DNA of 64,000 bases, from contig JAYTSD010000045.1 of assembly GCA_043745805.1 (NCBI GenBank), positions 80,505 through 144,504 on the forward strand, given 5' to 3'. Under the pieces are notes generated by a model, which was given only the letters and a program-made list of their open reading frames with translations, made no database searches and was not told where the DNA came from. The DNA comes from Fibrobacteria bacterium. GTDB taxonomy: Bacteria; Fibrobacterota; Fibrobacteria; UBA11236. Of the stretch, positions 28,904-38,702 are shown one piece after another. Both the position numbers and the translations under genes were made by a program. The first letter of the stretch is position 1; the number at the start of each line of letters is the position of its first letter.

Positions 28904-29200
28904 CGATGCCTTTCAATTTTTTTTTGGTTAGGAAATAAATCTCATGAAAAGATTTATTATCGCCAAAATTTTACACATGAATTAAAGTATCGTCAAGGAA
29001 ATAAAACATACTTTTTCGTAACTCGTAACTCGTGACGGAGCCGAAACGATTGTGGCAGTTAAAGGATTTTCGGAGGGCAGAATTACAAAAGCTACTTTGG
29101 CGCATTATCATGCTTATTGAAAGCGTACCGGTTTGGTAGCTAGGATTTCCGAAGCGCAAAAAAATCCCTGGTGCTTAGAGCTATTAAATCAATATGATTT

Positions 29201-30211
29201 TCAATTGAAATTAATGTGAATGCCGAGAGAAATAAGCCAATGATTTACCGTGGTACTAATACCGCCAAAACTGGTTCCTGTTTCATCTTCTGGCGTGTCC
29301 GTGCTATTCGCATAATAAGTTTGGGTTTGTTTACCCCAGGTTTTACTGAATTCGCCACGTATAAAAGGAATAAAGCAGGCTACTGGGCTATTGGTTTTTG
29401 GTCCTAATTTTAAAGGCAAACTTGCTTCCAAAGAATTGCCTAAGCCCCAAGTATTCATTTCAATATGTTTACTGCGTAAAATATGATCATCTAAGGAGCT
29501 AGCAAAAATTAAAGGATGGAATTGATTTTCCCAAAACAATCCGAAAATGCGTTCTTGCGATCGAAAGTTAATCGAAGTTTGAATATCATAAGTGCGATAA
29601 GTTCCCACCTTAATATTATCTGGAATGGTAAAATGTCTCCATTCAGTAACATCTGTAATACTGTCGGTGTACAATTGTTTGCCGCTGAGTCCAAATATAT
29701 CGCAAGAAAAAAAACTTCCTTCGATTCCAAAACCAAGAATAAATGGTTTGCGCAAGAAATGAATTTGTTTGAATTCGCGATTTAATTCCCCGCCAAATAG
29801 GAACGATTCGATTTCAGAATAAGTGTCGCTGAATTTAAGTAAAGCGGTGGATTTGGAAGTGCCACTAGAAGTATTAATTCCCACCCAATCTTCATCGCGC
29901 ATTTTTGTCCAAGCAGGACCAATACCGCTCCACAATTTTAGCTTTGTGTACAAATAAACCAAACTATCCTGTTCCATCTGTCGCCAAGAAATAAGCCCTA
30001 AATTGATACGGACATGATCCTGAGGAAAGGTTAAAGCGCTGCGAATCATGGGTTTGACGGTACCATCGATTGTTGTGGTATCTTTTCCTGTGTATTCTAA
30101 ATCATACCAAGTGCTGCCAAAAGGCTTTTCCATGGTAAAAGAGAACAATGTAGATTTAGTGGCTCCATAAATAGAGTTAACCATTAAGAGAAGTAATAGA
30201 ATTTTAAACAT
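29201..30211 (-). CDS. hypothetical secreted/outer-membrane protein
   Basis: Signal peptide and a beta-rich, aromatic-rich composition. Confidence 0.45.
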   Translation of the reverse strand: MFKILLLLLMVNSIYGATKSTLFSFTMEKPFGSTWYDLEYTGKDTTTIDGTVKPMIRSALTFPQDHVRINLGLISWRQMEQDSLVYLYTKLKLWSGIGPAWTKMRDEDWVGINTSSGTSKSTALLKFSDTYSEIESFLFGGELNREFKQIHFLRKPFILGFGIEGSFFSCDIFGLSGKQLYTDSITDVTEWRHFTIPDNIKVGTYRTYDIQTSINFRSQERIFGLFWENQFHPLIFASSLDDHILRSKHIEMNTWGLGNSLEASLPLKLGPKTNSPVACFIPFIRGEFSKTWGKQTQTYYANSTDTPEDETGTSFGGISTTVNHWLISLGIHINFN

Positions 30212-30316
30212 GGTATTACCGGATTTAGTCTTGAATTTATGGTTTCAAAAATTAGCTTTATCAAGCCGCATAGATATTAATTAACAGGCGCTTTGTAAAT
30301 AGGTAAAGGAGTTGGA

Positions 30317-30979
30317 ATGGTATTTTTATTTCGTGTTTATGCTTTAGTTTTGATGATTATGGCTGGAATTACAGCCCAGGAAAAATTATCAGCAAATCCT
30401 CCTCTTGGAGGAAAAAAAGATTCCAGTTTAAGCGATACTTCCGTAAATAAATCGGTTTCTACTTTTCCTTTGGCAACCGAAAAAAAAGACGCAATATTTT
30501 TTCATCCGATTATTTCAGGTCTTTCCGTAGCAATTGATGCAATTCCTTTTGTTTTCGTGCTAACTTATGAGCATCAATTGCCCGATAGTAAATCATTTAT
30601 TTTACAAAACCAATTGTTGTTAGGCAGTTTCAAACCAGATTCAGGATATTCCGCATCGACCTATGGACTATATACCTATTTCGGATTGCGTAATTATTTT
30701 AATCCTCACTATCACCGTGGATTTTATTTGCAAGGCACCGCGGCTGTGGGCTTGCAGCATATTGATATTGAACGTGAAGGTTATACAGGCGAAGCCAGTG
30801 CTTTTGCAACAACCTTAGCCGGATTAGCTTATTTAGGGTATCGATGGAGCCATGTGTTTTGGGATATAGGTGGTGGCTATCAATATTCAAATGGTAGTGT
30901 AGACGCTCCTGGTGGTGCAACTGTTGATATCAGTGCTTCCGGGCCTGCTCTCGATCTTAATCTAGGATTCTGTTTTTAA
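30317..30979 (+). CDS. putative outer-membrane beta-barrel protein
   Basis: Signal peptide and a C-terminal ...LNLGFCF ending in Phe. Confidence 0.45.
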   Translation: MVFLFRVYALVLMIMAGITAQEKLSANPPLGGKKDSSLSDTSVNKSVSTFPLATEKKDAIFFHPIISGLSVAIDAIPFVFVLTYEHQLPDSKSFILQNQLLLGSFKPDSGYSASTYGLYTYFGLRNYFNPHYHRGFYLQGTAAVGLQHIDIEREGYTGEASAFATTLAGLAYLGYRWSHVFWDIGGGYQYSNGSVDAPGGATVDISASGPALDLNLGFCF

Positions 30980-30988
30980 TTATAATAA

Positions 30989-31026
30989 GCTTAGGTTTAA
31001 TGAAAGTAAATTCATTAAACCTAAGC
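30989..31026. terminator. bidirectional terminator (16-bp perfect stem) between convergent genes
   Basis: GCTTAGGTTTAATGAA agtaaa TTCATTAAACCTAAGC. Confidence 0.65.
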
Positions 31027-31034
31027 CATTCTTT

Positions 31035-32966
31035 TTAAACCTTGCCCGGCCCCTTATTCTCCTTCACAGGCATTGGTGTTTTGGGGTCAATCATTTCCAT
31101 CAATTTTAATCCCAATAATCCATCCATTGCATTGCCGCCATTATTTCCACCGATCAGTACATCCGGAATCAATTTAATATGACCTTTTGAAAGCTCTTCG
31201 GTAATTTTATAACGAGTAAAGTTTTCGCCACCTAAAGCTTTAACAGCAAGTTCATAAGCTTCCGCAGTGGATTTACCAATGGCTAAAATTTTACCGGCTT
31301 CGGCACTACCGGTTAAGGAAATGAGTTCAGCCTGAGCGGAGGCTTTTAATTTAATTGCCTCGGATTCCGCTTGGGCACGGGCTTTGGTGGCTTCGGCTTC
31401 GGCATAGGCCCGTAATTTTGTAGCTTCGGATTCGGCACTTACCGAAAGTTTTACGCTAGCGGCATCGCCTTCGGATTTTTTCACCGTAGCACTGGCGGTA
31501 CGTTCGGCAATTTCCACACTTTGTTGGGCTTTCACTATATCTTTTTGCATATCCGCAATGGCGGTTTCTTTTTCCATACCTTGACGCGTTTCTTGCGCCT
31601 TCTTTTGAGTGTCGTAAGTTACCTTTTGTTCTTCAGCAATTTTTCGATCGGTTAGAGTTTTCATCAAGGATTCTGGGGGCACAATATCCCCAATTAAAGT
31701 GTCCACCGCATTTACATTATACTCGTCTAATACTTTTTTGATATGCTCTTTTGCGGATTCTTGTCTTTCTTTACGTGTGCTTAAAAAGGCAATGACATCG
31801 CTATCCTGTGCGGAATTACGAAAGTAATTACCAATAGTTGGTTCTAATACTTGCGACACTAAATTAACCATATTACCAAAACGCGCTATCACTTTTGGGG
31901 CTTCCGTAGTGGGGACATGAATGATTTGTGCCACATCAAGATTAAAAGGGAAACCATCTTTAGAGCGCACGGTAATGGTCGATAAATTCTTATCTAAATT
32001 ATGCGCTTCGCTACGTGCAGAAGCCCAATTCAAAACTAAATTGGTGGTCGGAACAAGTTCCACTTTCATAATATATTTATTAATAGGATATTTACCTGGA
32101 CCCAATGGCTCTAGCCATACGCCTTTATATCCCTTCTCAACAATATTCCCATGTTTAAATTCCACGCCAGTTAAATCACTACCTTCTTGACCGATATACG
32201 AGATTACTACTCCTACAAAACCAATGGAAATTTCCATCATAGGAATTTCTTCAATTTGTACGGCCCAAGGATTTAAATTATAAGAACCAGCCAAGATCAC
32301 CTGCGGCTGTAAGCCTCGATTGCCACCCTTTTTTAAAAAGACATCAAAGTTTTGAAAATTATTATGTCCGTCCACCAGTTTACCTGCGATTTGGCCCGCT
32401 TCAATAGGCATGCCATCGAGAGTAGTAACAATGCCTACCATACTTTCTTGTATGCGTATCATATTGCTAATCGACACTTGAAAAATCAAAGTATTAATAC
32501 GATAAGAACCCGACGTGATATAAACCGTTTGGCGACCACGTTGTCCGCCATTATTCAAAAACTTTTCCGCATCCTGATAGCTATCGCATTCCGCACGCGA
32601 AGCTAAAATGTTACCGGTGGGAATAGCTGCACCATCTCTTGCGAGGATTAATCCAATTTTACCTTCGGGTATAACCGTGAATTGTTCAAAATTCACCGTG
32701 TATTGCCAAAACCATTTGCCAAAGTACAAACCTGGTGCTAAGGCCTTTGCTTGAAAGCCCGCTTCGCCTTTGGTGGCGATAATACGGCCATCGGGTAATT
32801 CTTTATTCTCACCGAAGAGCACAAATTTTTTAGTAACCAAACCAATTCTGTCTTCTGGCACTATGACCATGCCGAATAAAAAACGCAGTATATATTTGTA
32901 AAGAATAATGCAAAGTATGATAGGCAATATCCACCACAGTTGAAAATAAGTGCTGTCAATGTTCAT
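31035..32966 (-). CDS. flotillin-like SPFH/Band-7 domain protein
   Basis: N-terminal TM segment, an SPFH domain and a C-terminal Ala/Glu-rich flotillin-type repeat region (AEAEATKARAQAESEAIKLKASAQAE). Confidence 0.75.
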   Translation of the reverse strand: MNIDSTYFQLWWILPIILCIILYKYILRFLFGMVIVPEDRIGLVTKKFVLFGENKELPDGRIIATKGEAGFQAKALAPGLYFGKWFWQYTVNFEQFTVIPEGKIGLILARDGAAIPTGNILASRAECDSYQDAEKFLNNGGQRGRQTVYITSGSYRINTLIFQVSISNMIRIQESMVGIVTTLDGMPIEAGQIAGKLVDGHNNFQNFDVFLKKGGNRGLQPQVILAGSYNLNPWAVQIEEIPMMEISIGFVGVVISYIGQEGSDLTGVEFKHGNIVEKGYKGVWLEPLGPGKYPINKYIMKVELVPTTNLVLNWASARSEAHNLDKNLSTITVRSKDGFPFNLDVAQIIHVPTTEAPKVIARFGNMVNLVSQVLEPTIGNYFRNSAQDSDVIAFLSTRKERQESAKEHIKKVLDEYNVNAVDTLIGDIVPPESLMKTLTDRKIAEEQKVTYDTQKKAQETRQGMEKETAIADMQKDIVKAQQSVEIAERTASATVKKSEGDAASVKLSVSAESEATKLRAYAEAEATKARAQAESEAIKLKASAQAELISLTGSAEAGKILAIGKSTAEAYELAVKALGGENFTRYKITEELSKGHIKLIPDVLIGGNNGGNAMDGLLGLKLMEMIDPKTPMPVKENKGPGKV

Positions 32967-33036
32967 AGTTTTTTGCTTGGGTTAGGGTGTAAAGGATAGG
33001 TAAAAATTAGAATAAAAATTTATATAAAACCACTTA

Positions 33037-33432
33037 TTAGGTGATGAGTCCTGCATGTCCCGCGACAATCTGCCAATTGCCATTTGTTGTTTGAGTCCAA
33101 ACTCGAGTAAAACGAAAATTTCCATTTGCTGGATTATTATTATAAGTTCCTGATATACTCATACGTACGGATACCACCGCGACATCACCATTTAATTGTA
33201 TTTGTAATTCTGAAGCTATTAATTCTGTTATTTTAACTAAGCCTGATTGATGCGCCGCCAGATCATCTTCTTTTTTTAAAACTTGCCCTAAATGATTTGT
33301 AAATAGAAGCAAAGGAGAGAGAAGTTCATCCAAAATTTTTACATCCGAGGCAATCATAGCTTGTCTAAGTTTTTCTTCGACACTAAAGATTTCAGATTCA
33401 ATATTTTGATTTTGAGACATATTAATTTTCAC
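33037..33432 (-). CDS. SnoaL-like / NTF2-like (DUF4440-type) protein
   Basis: 131 aa with an NTF2-fold pattern (W..T..NG.W.IV). Confidence 0.5.
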   Translation of the reverse strand: MKINMSQNQNIESEIFSVEEKLRQAMIASDVKILDELLSPLLLFTNHLGQVLKKEDDLAAHQSGLVKITELIASELQIQLNGDVAVVSVRMSISGTYNNNPANGNFRFTRVWTQTTNGNWQIVAGHAGLIT

Positions 33433-33495
33433 GTTTTAATAAAATGGAAAATGATTTTAACTAGTAAAGTCCTTAGAGTCTGTATTTAATGGCGG

Positions 33496-34224
33496 CTAAG
33501 TAATTTGATTCAGTCGTGCAAAAATAGGTTGAAATACTTCTTGTCCCGCTTTGCTCAAGCCTTCGCTAAATCCAAAAGTCAATTCAGTTTTACCTTCTTT
33601 AAGTTGTGCAAATATAGCTGCTATAAACTCGCTCACTGGCGGCGCAAAATCATGCAAGCCTTTGCCGCCTAAATCAGTATTTAAAGCTGGAGGTATGATT
33701 TCTATTACTTCAATATTTTTAGCTTTTACTAAAGCACGCAGTGACAAGGTGAAAGAATGAAAGAACGCTTTGGTAGCTGAATACACCGGCGTTTTAATCA
33801 TGGGAACAAAGGATAAACCTGAAGTCACATTCATAATTGCATTGAGTGAAGGTAATTTTAAAAAGAGAGAAGTCAGATGCAGTGGTGCTTCTACATTGAT
33901 GGCTAATTCTTCTTTAGCACGGGTAAAAAAATCAGCATCTGAAACTGACATCCATTGTTGTATGCCGGCATTATTGATCAAAACATTTAAGTCACAGTGT
34001 TCTTTCGCTATCCATTGAAATAATTCTTCTCTTCCGGCACTAGTAGATATATCACATTGTTTAATAATTAAAGAAGGAGTTTTTGCTAGCACTTCTTTTA
34101 AAGTGGAGTCACGTCTTCCGCAAATAATCACGGTATTATTTTCTTTGACAAATTTCTCGGCTAAGCCAAGGCCAATGCCGCTGGCTCCGCCGGTAATTAG
34201 AATTTTGTTATTTGTAAGTTTCAT
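33496..34224 (-). CDS. SDR-family short-chain dehydrogenase/reductase
   Basis: TGGASGIG Rossmann motif, NNAG and a YxxxK catalytic motif. Confidence 0.85.
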   Translation of the reverse strand: MKLTNNKILITGGASGIGLGLAEKFVKENNTVIICGRRDSTLKEVLAKTPSLIIKQCDISTSAGREELFQWIAKEHCDLNVLINNAGIQQWMSVSDADFFTRAKEELAINVEAPLHLTSLFLKLPSLNAIMNVTSGLSFVPMIKTPVYSATKAFFHSFTLSLRALVKAKNIEVIEIIPPALNTDLGGKGLHDFAPPVSEFIAAIFAQLKEGKTELTFGFSEGLSKAGQEVFQPIFARLNQIT

Positions 34225-34254
34225 TTTAGTTTCCCTAATTTGTAGAATAAATTT

Positions 34255-34908
34255 TTAACTCACAATTTTAATATTGAAAGCCCCAACCTTGGTTGCCCCC
34301 CAAATTCGCAACCACAAGGGTAAATACATTTCCGTTCCTCGTGCGGTGCTGATATCACCTAAGTCCATTATGTTTTTTTCGGCCCAACCAAAGGATTGTA
34401 AAATAATTTTGACTTGCGCTTTAGCATCCGCATCATTGCCGCTAATGAAAGTTTCATGATCGCCACCATTAATTATAACCGGATTAACCATCAGCCCGCA
34501 CCACATGGTATTTAAAGCTTTCACCACTTTTAATTGTGGAAAAGTTTTTTGAATTTCTTCCCCTAAGGAAGTAGTGTTGACCATAGATAGGGTAGGAGGC
34601 ATGCCTTTGCTGAAATCTAAAGGATTAGCAATATCTATTAATATCTTTCCATGCAAATTATTTTCGCCGGCTAACTTTAATACTTCGAGCGAGGCGGCGC
34701 CTGCAGTGCAATTAAAAATCATTTCCCCAAAGGTGGCGGCATCAGCAAAAGTGCCAGCGCTGGCTTTGCCATTATGTTTCGTCACAAAAGTTTGCACCTT
34801 TTCATTGCTCGTCGTGCGCGAACCCATCATGACCGTGTGACCTAATTCTACGAGCTTTGATCCTACGGTATCACCGACTGTACCTGTTCCTAAAACGGCT
34901 ATTTTCAT
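34255..34908 (-). CDS. NADP-binding oxidoreductase of the F420-dependent NADP reductase (Npd)-like family
   Basis: MKIAVLGTGTVG Rossmann start, a length of about 217 aa and an overall pattern matching this family. Confidence 0.65.
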   Translation of the reverse strand: MKIAVLGTGTVGDTVGSKLVELGHTVMMGSRTTSNEKVQTFVTKHNGKASAGTFADAATFGEMIFNCTAGAASLEVLKLAGENNLHGKILIDIANPLDFSKGMPPTLSMVNTTSLGEEIQKTFPQLKVVKALNTMWCGLMVNPVIINGGDHETFISGNDADAKAQVKIILQSFGWAEKNIMDLGDISTARGTEMYLPLWLRIWGATKVGAFNIKIVS

Positions 34909-35313
34909 AAAGACCCCTTTTACACTGATTAAATTTCAGCATAAAATATAGATAGGATGGGCCTTTAAGGCTCTCTTGCGAATTGCGAGACTACATTTTT
35001 TTTCTATCGCAAATAAAATTCAAAATTTTACTTTTTAGTCGTGCCAGATAATAAATTTGTATTATTGAACACCAATTGTTTACAAAAAGATTTAATGTAT
35101 TACCGACAAACCAAGCAAAAATGAACCTATTTTATCCAACGAAACGTATACAGCATCCAAACACACTTCAACAGCTTAGTCTCGGCCATATTATACTATT
35201 GATTGTGCAATAGATTCCTTTTTCCAATCCATACCATTCCAATTATTAGCGGTTCCAATTTCCGCACCATTCATTTTAGCGTATAAGAATCGTTGCATGC
35301 GATAAGCCGATTA

Positions 35314-35583
35314 ATATTTTAGCGTATCATTAATCAAGGCCTGTCCCAAATTCCCTTTGCGTCCTAAGATCAAACCTGTTTCACGATCTAAATCGTCTTC
35401 ACTTAAAGCATTGATGAGTTTGGATATTTTTTGTTTTTGTGCTTGGATTTTTTCTATAAAATTTTCGGGATTTACCGTGAGAGATTCTTTCGCATCGGCT
35501 CGATATTTTTCTGAATTTTCTTTAATGGCCCAGCCGCCGTTGATTAGTAATTCAGTAATAGATGCGCCGATATAGGATAAAAT
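35314..35583 (-). pseudogene. orphan gene fragment (open frame of about 90 codons with no start codon)
   Basis: A minus-strand frame reads LSYIGASITELLINGGWAIKENSEKYRADAKES...LSEDDLDRETGLILGRKGNLGQALINDTLKY and is bounded by stops. It has no ATG, GTG or TTG at its 5' end. Confidence 0.2.
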
Positions 35584-35803
35584 TCATTCGTGGAGTATGG
35601 AGTCTAGGATGGTTTTTTTTTGTGTTTTGCATGGGGCCTCGAGTTTGTTTTCTGTTGAAATTTAGTAATGGATTTGATATTAATGGAAGTATGTACATGT
35701 CCAATTATTCGCATCAAATTTTATATTTTTACCGCGATATGGATGCTACTTTAGATATCTTCAATTAAATTGAATCATTTTTTTCATCATATTTATAAAT
35801 AGG

Positions 35804-35840
35804 AAAACCATGAAAGTGCAGTTACCTTTTTCATGGTTTT
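35804..35840. repeat. perfect 12-bp inverted repeat hairpin (AAAACCATGAAA ... TTTCATGGTTTT) in a non-coding stretch
   Basis: The repeat was read directly from the sequence. It forms a terminator-like bidirectional hairpin inside the decayed region. Confidence 0.45.
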
Positions 35841-35900
35841 TATAACCCGCGGAAAAAGGTCTGGATGGATACCTTAATGCAAAAAATCACCTTTGGAATC

Positions 35901-36945
35901 ATGCATAATCGTCAGTTTCAATTCATAGACAAAGCCGGTAAAATGGTAGATGATGTGCTTTCATTGAACAAAACTGTACATTTTCAGGGAAATGAACTCT
36001 TCGCTGAAGTTGGATGGGCTAATGACAGATTGTAATAAGACAGTTACTAGAATTGGAATTGTTAATGAATTTTTATTTAATACAATAGGAGATGCTTCCG
36101 AGTTTATTGGCGACAATTTTTTAAATATCAAATCGATTGGTGATCCTACAGAAGTTGTACGCAGATTCACTGTGAAAAACCCACTCCCAATTTGAAAAGA
36201 TGAAGTAAAATACTTTGATTATACTGCTGCTATTTTCCAGATTTCAAATATACCGTATAAAGAAGATGAGGAGAAGCCAGCATTTAAGTTGAGTATTGAT
36301 TTTCAAATTTACTTTTCGCCAGAAAGAGAATACGAAATTCAACTTTTAGAAGATCATTTTAAACGCCTGAATAATTATGTTGAAAATTTAAAAACAGGGG
36401 GGGTATCCAAAACATTCCTGACGGGAAAAATAATGGCTAATCCAAGAAAGAAAAAGTCTGGAGAAATACTTATTCCAAGGAATTGTGTCGCCGATGAAAG
36501 GCTGGCTTTTAAAAAAGCTGTCAAAAAGACTAGAACCTCCAGTACAGCAACTGATTCTCGGGACGACATGTTGTTTGATGATTCATCAACTACTGCATCT
36601 ACTTCTAAGAAGCCAAATAAAATGGCATTAGGTGCTTCACCTGCAGCACCTGAGCGTCTGGAACAAGTTAATCCTCTTGAAGATTCCATTAAAAATGATA
36701 GAGCCTTTCCTTTTGCTTTTAAAGTTATGATGGCTATACTCGGGCTAATTGTACCTGTAATGGCTACCGTTTATTTTTTTAACGAATTCAGTTCAAAAAC
36801 TACCGCGAATACAACAAACATATCGAATCTTGAAAAAAATGTTGAATCGTTAAAGAACGACTTAAATTCAAGCATAAATAAGATCGAAAATAGGCTCGAC
36901 CCCAAAATTAATCGACTTGACTCAAGGTTGGATCAAAAAAAATAA
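35901..36945 (+). pseudogene. disrupted gene: a frameshift near 35990 plus an in-frame TGA at 36193..36195. The 3' part (36289..36945) survives as an ORF encoding a TM/coiled-coil protein.
   Basis: Three ORFs abut one another. The first (35901..36035, frame 3) and the second (35992..36195, frame 1) overlap, which is the signature of a +1 frameshift. The second and third (36289..36945) share a frame and are interrupted by a single TGA. Confidence 0.35.
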
Positions 36946-37097
36946 ATTCTATAGCATTGTGACTACATTTTAAAGTTCAGCCCTACATTTGAAACTATGG
37001 AAAAAGCCGCAACTGTTTTGGGGAAAAAACTGAAAATCAGTTTAGTTTAAAAATCAATCATTTCGGAAATTCGTACTAACGGTGCAGCCAAACAAAA

Positions 37098-37173
37098 TGG
37101 CTGCCTGAGCAGGACTCGAACCTGCGACCGAGCGATTAACAGTCGCTTGCTCTACCAACTGAGCTATCAGGCA
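37098..37173 (-). tRNA. tRNA-Asn (anticodon GUU)
   Basis: The reverse complement folds as a cloverleaf: acceptor TGCCTGA/TCAGGCA, anticodon stem AGCGA/TCGCT with loop CTGTTAA, and an encoded CCA. Confidence 0.85.
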
Positions 37174-37279
37174 ATAAAAACTATACCACTGAACCCAAAA
37201 GGGTCAGTCGGGGCGTAAATGTAAGCTGCTTGCTTTATTTCTTCAAGGGAGTAAATGCATTTTTGTTGATTTTTTAGAT

Positions 37280-37768
37280 TTATTCTAAGGCCTTCAATAG
37301 CCGCATTAACATGGGATGATGCTCGCCCTCATGAAATACCAATAAATAAAGGTCATCGGCCACGGTGGCGAAATGTCCATTGAGATAATCAAAGGGTATA
37401 GTCATGGGGAGTTCAAGAATAGATCCATAATGTTCAACCAAGGCAAAGCTATACGATTTATATACCTCTAGCAATTGAGCAAAAGACGGGGTTTGTTGAT
37501 CATAATCGAGGGGGGATTTCCCGTCGGCAAAATATTTTTTAAAACCTAAATCAATGGGTAAGGGTTTTCCCCGTCGCACATACCAATGGGCTAACTGAAC
37601 ATGTAAAATATGACCTACATGCCAATGAATATTATTTTTGGATCCGGAGGGAATAAAAAAGGCTTGTTCTTCGGAAAGATTTTCCACTTTAGTTAAGGTG
37701 GCGCTGCGAATATTTTGCAGTACAGAAATGATTTTTTCGGTAGCGAGAGAAACAGTATTATCAAGCAT
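37280..37768 (-). CDS. DinB/YfiT-like metal-dependent hydrolase or transferase superfamily protein
   Basis: 162 aa with HWHVGHILHVQLAHW and a C-terminal EGEHHPML His-rich motif typical of the DinB_2 family. Confidence 0.6.
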   Translation of the reverse strand: MLDNTVSLATEKIISVLQNIRSATLTKVENLSEEQAFFIPSGSKNNIHWHVGHILHVQLAHWYVRRGKPLPIDLGFKKYFADGKSPLDYDQQTPSFAQLLEVYKSYSFALVEHYGSILELPMTIPFDYLNGHFATVADDLYLLVFHEGEHHPMLMRLLKALE

Positions 37769-38027
37769 AATTTTCCTTGGTTTATTTGAATGTAACTATT
37801 CTCAAGCCCCAGTTTACTGTAAAGAATTATTTCACTTTGTCCAAGAAGTGGACGATTTGTTTTTTTTAAACGCGGTAATTTGATATTTCAAAATAAAAAC
37901 CAAGTAAAAACCCGTCTAAACCGATGTATGGCTTATTACATTGCAATTACGCATAAAAAAATATTCGGCATTCGAATTGCTTAAACTCACGTTAAGGTCT
38001 CATGGCCACAACAACAAGGAGTACACC

Positions 38028-38444
38028 ATGAAAAAATCATTAATTACCAAAACCTTTCTCGTTGCCGCTTTAGCATTTAGCATTGGCGCCGCAAATGATT
38101 CTACTAAAACCACTTCAGCCGCTCCTGCTATGAAATCAGCTCCAGCAGCGGTGAAAAGCAAAATTAAAACCCATAGCTTTTCTGGAACAGTAACAGCTGT
38201 TGATTCCGTAGCTAGCTCGATTTCGGGAACCAATAAAAATGGTGCTCAAACTTTTGCGGTTGCGGCCGATGCTAAAATTCAAGAAGGCAAAACTGTGCTT
38301 ACCTTGGGTTCCATTGCTGTGAATAGCAAAATCGTAGTGACCTTTACCGAAGACGCTGGAATAAAAAACGCTTCCATGATTAAGGTTCAAGCCGAAAGCA
38401 AAAAGCCTGCAAAGGCAGTTAAAGACACCAAAGCCGTTAAATAG
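38028..38444 (+). CDS. secreted hypothetical protein (Ala/Lys/Ser-rich)
   Basis: The start was chosen at the ATG preceded by AAGGAG. The signal peptide is MKKSLITKTFLVAALAFSIGA; the upstream ORF-track start at 37941 lacks an RBS. Confidence 0.55.
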   Translation: MKKSLITKTFLVAALAFSIGAANDSTKTTSAAPAMKSAPAAVKSKIKTHSFSGTVTAVDSVASSISGTNKNGAQTFAVAADAKIQEGKTVLTLGSIAVNSKIVVTFTEDAGIKNASMIKVQAESKKPAKAVKDTKAVK

Positions 38445-38471
38445 TATTTCGATTTAATTTCATTGATTAAA

Positions 38472-38502
38472 AGCATGGAGATAATTTCTCTATGCTTTTT
38501 TG
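38472..38502 (+). terminator. rho-independent terminator
   Basis: AGCATGGAGA taatt TCTCTATGCT followed by TTTTTT. Confidence 0.55.
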
Positions 38503-38702
38503 TTTCCCCCAAACAAGTCATAAAATAACTTTCATTGTTTCTTATGATAAAAAATGAGGGTGGGGCTTTTTTGGCCTTAGGTAAATCGATGCTCAAAAAC
38601 TGCGTTTTTAACTTTGGAGGTATTGTTAACCTAGAATTTTAAATAATCAGTTCTAGCCTGTGGGGACAGTGCTTTTTCTTCAAATATTTCGAGAGGGAAA
38701 TA

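Noticed and set aside
35357-35768. Plus-strand ORFs 35357..35575 and 35562..35768 in the decayed region
   Set aside because: They have low-complexity translations. The first is antisense to the start-less gene fragment and the second runs through a perfect hairpin. They are more likely chance ORFs in degraded sequence.
36193-36195. In-frame TGA as evidence of a non-standard genetic code or selenocysteine
   Set aside because: TGA terminates well-supported genes elsewhere (for example 4648..5052 ends with TGA). No SECIS-like hairpin follows, and the same gene also carries a frameshift. A pseudogene is the simpler explanation.
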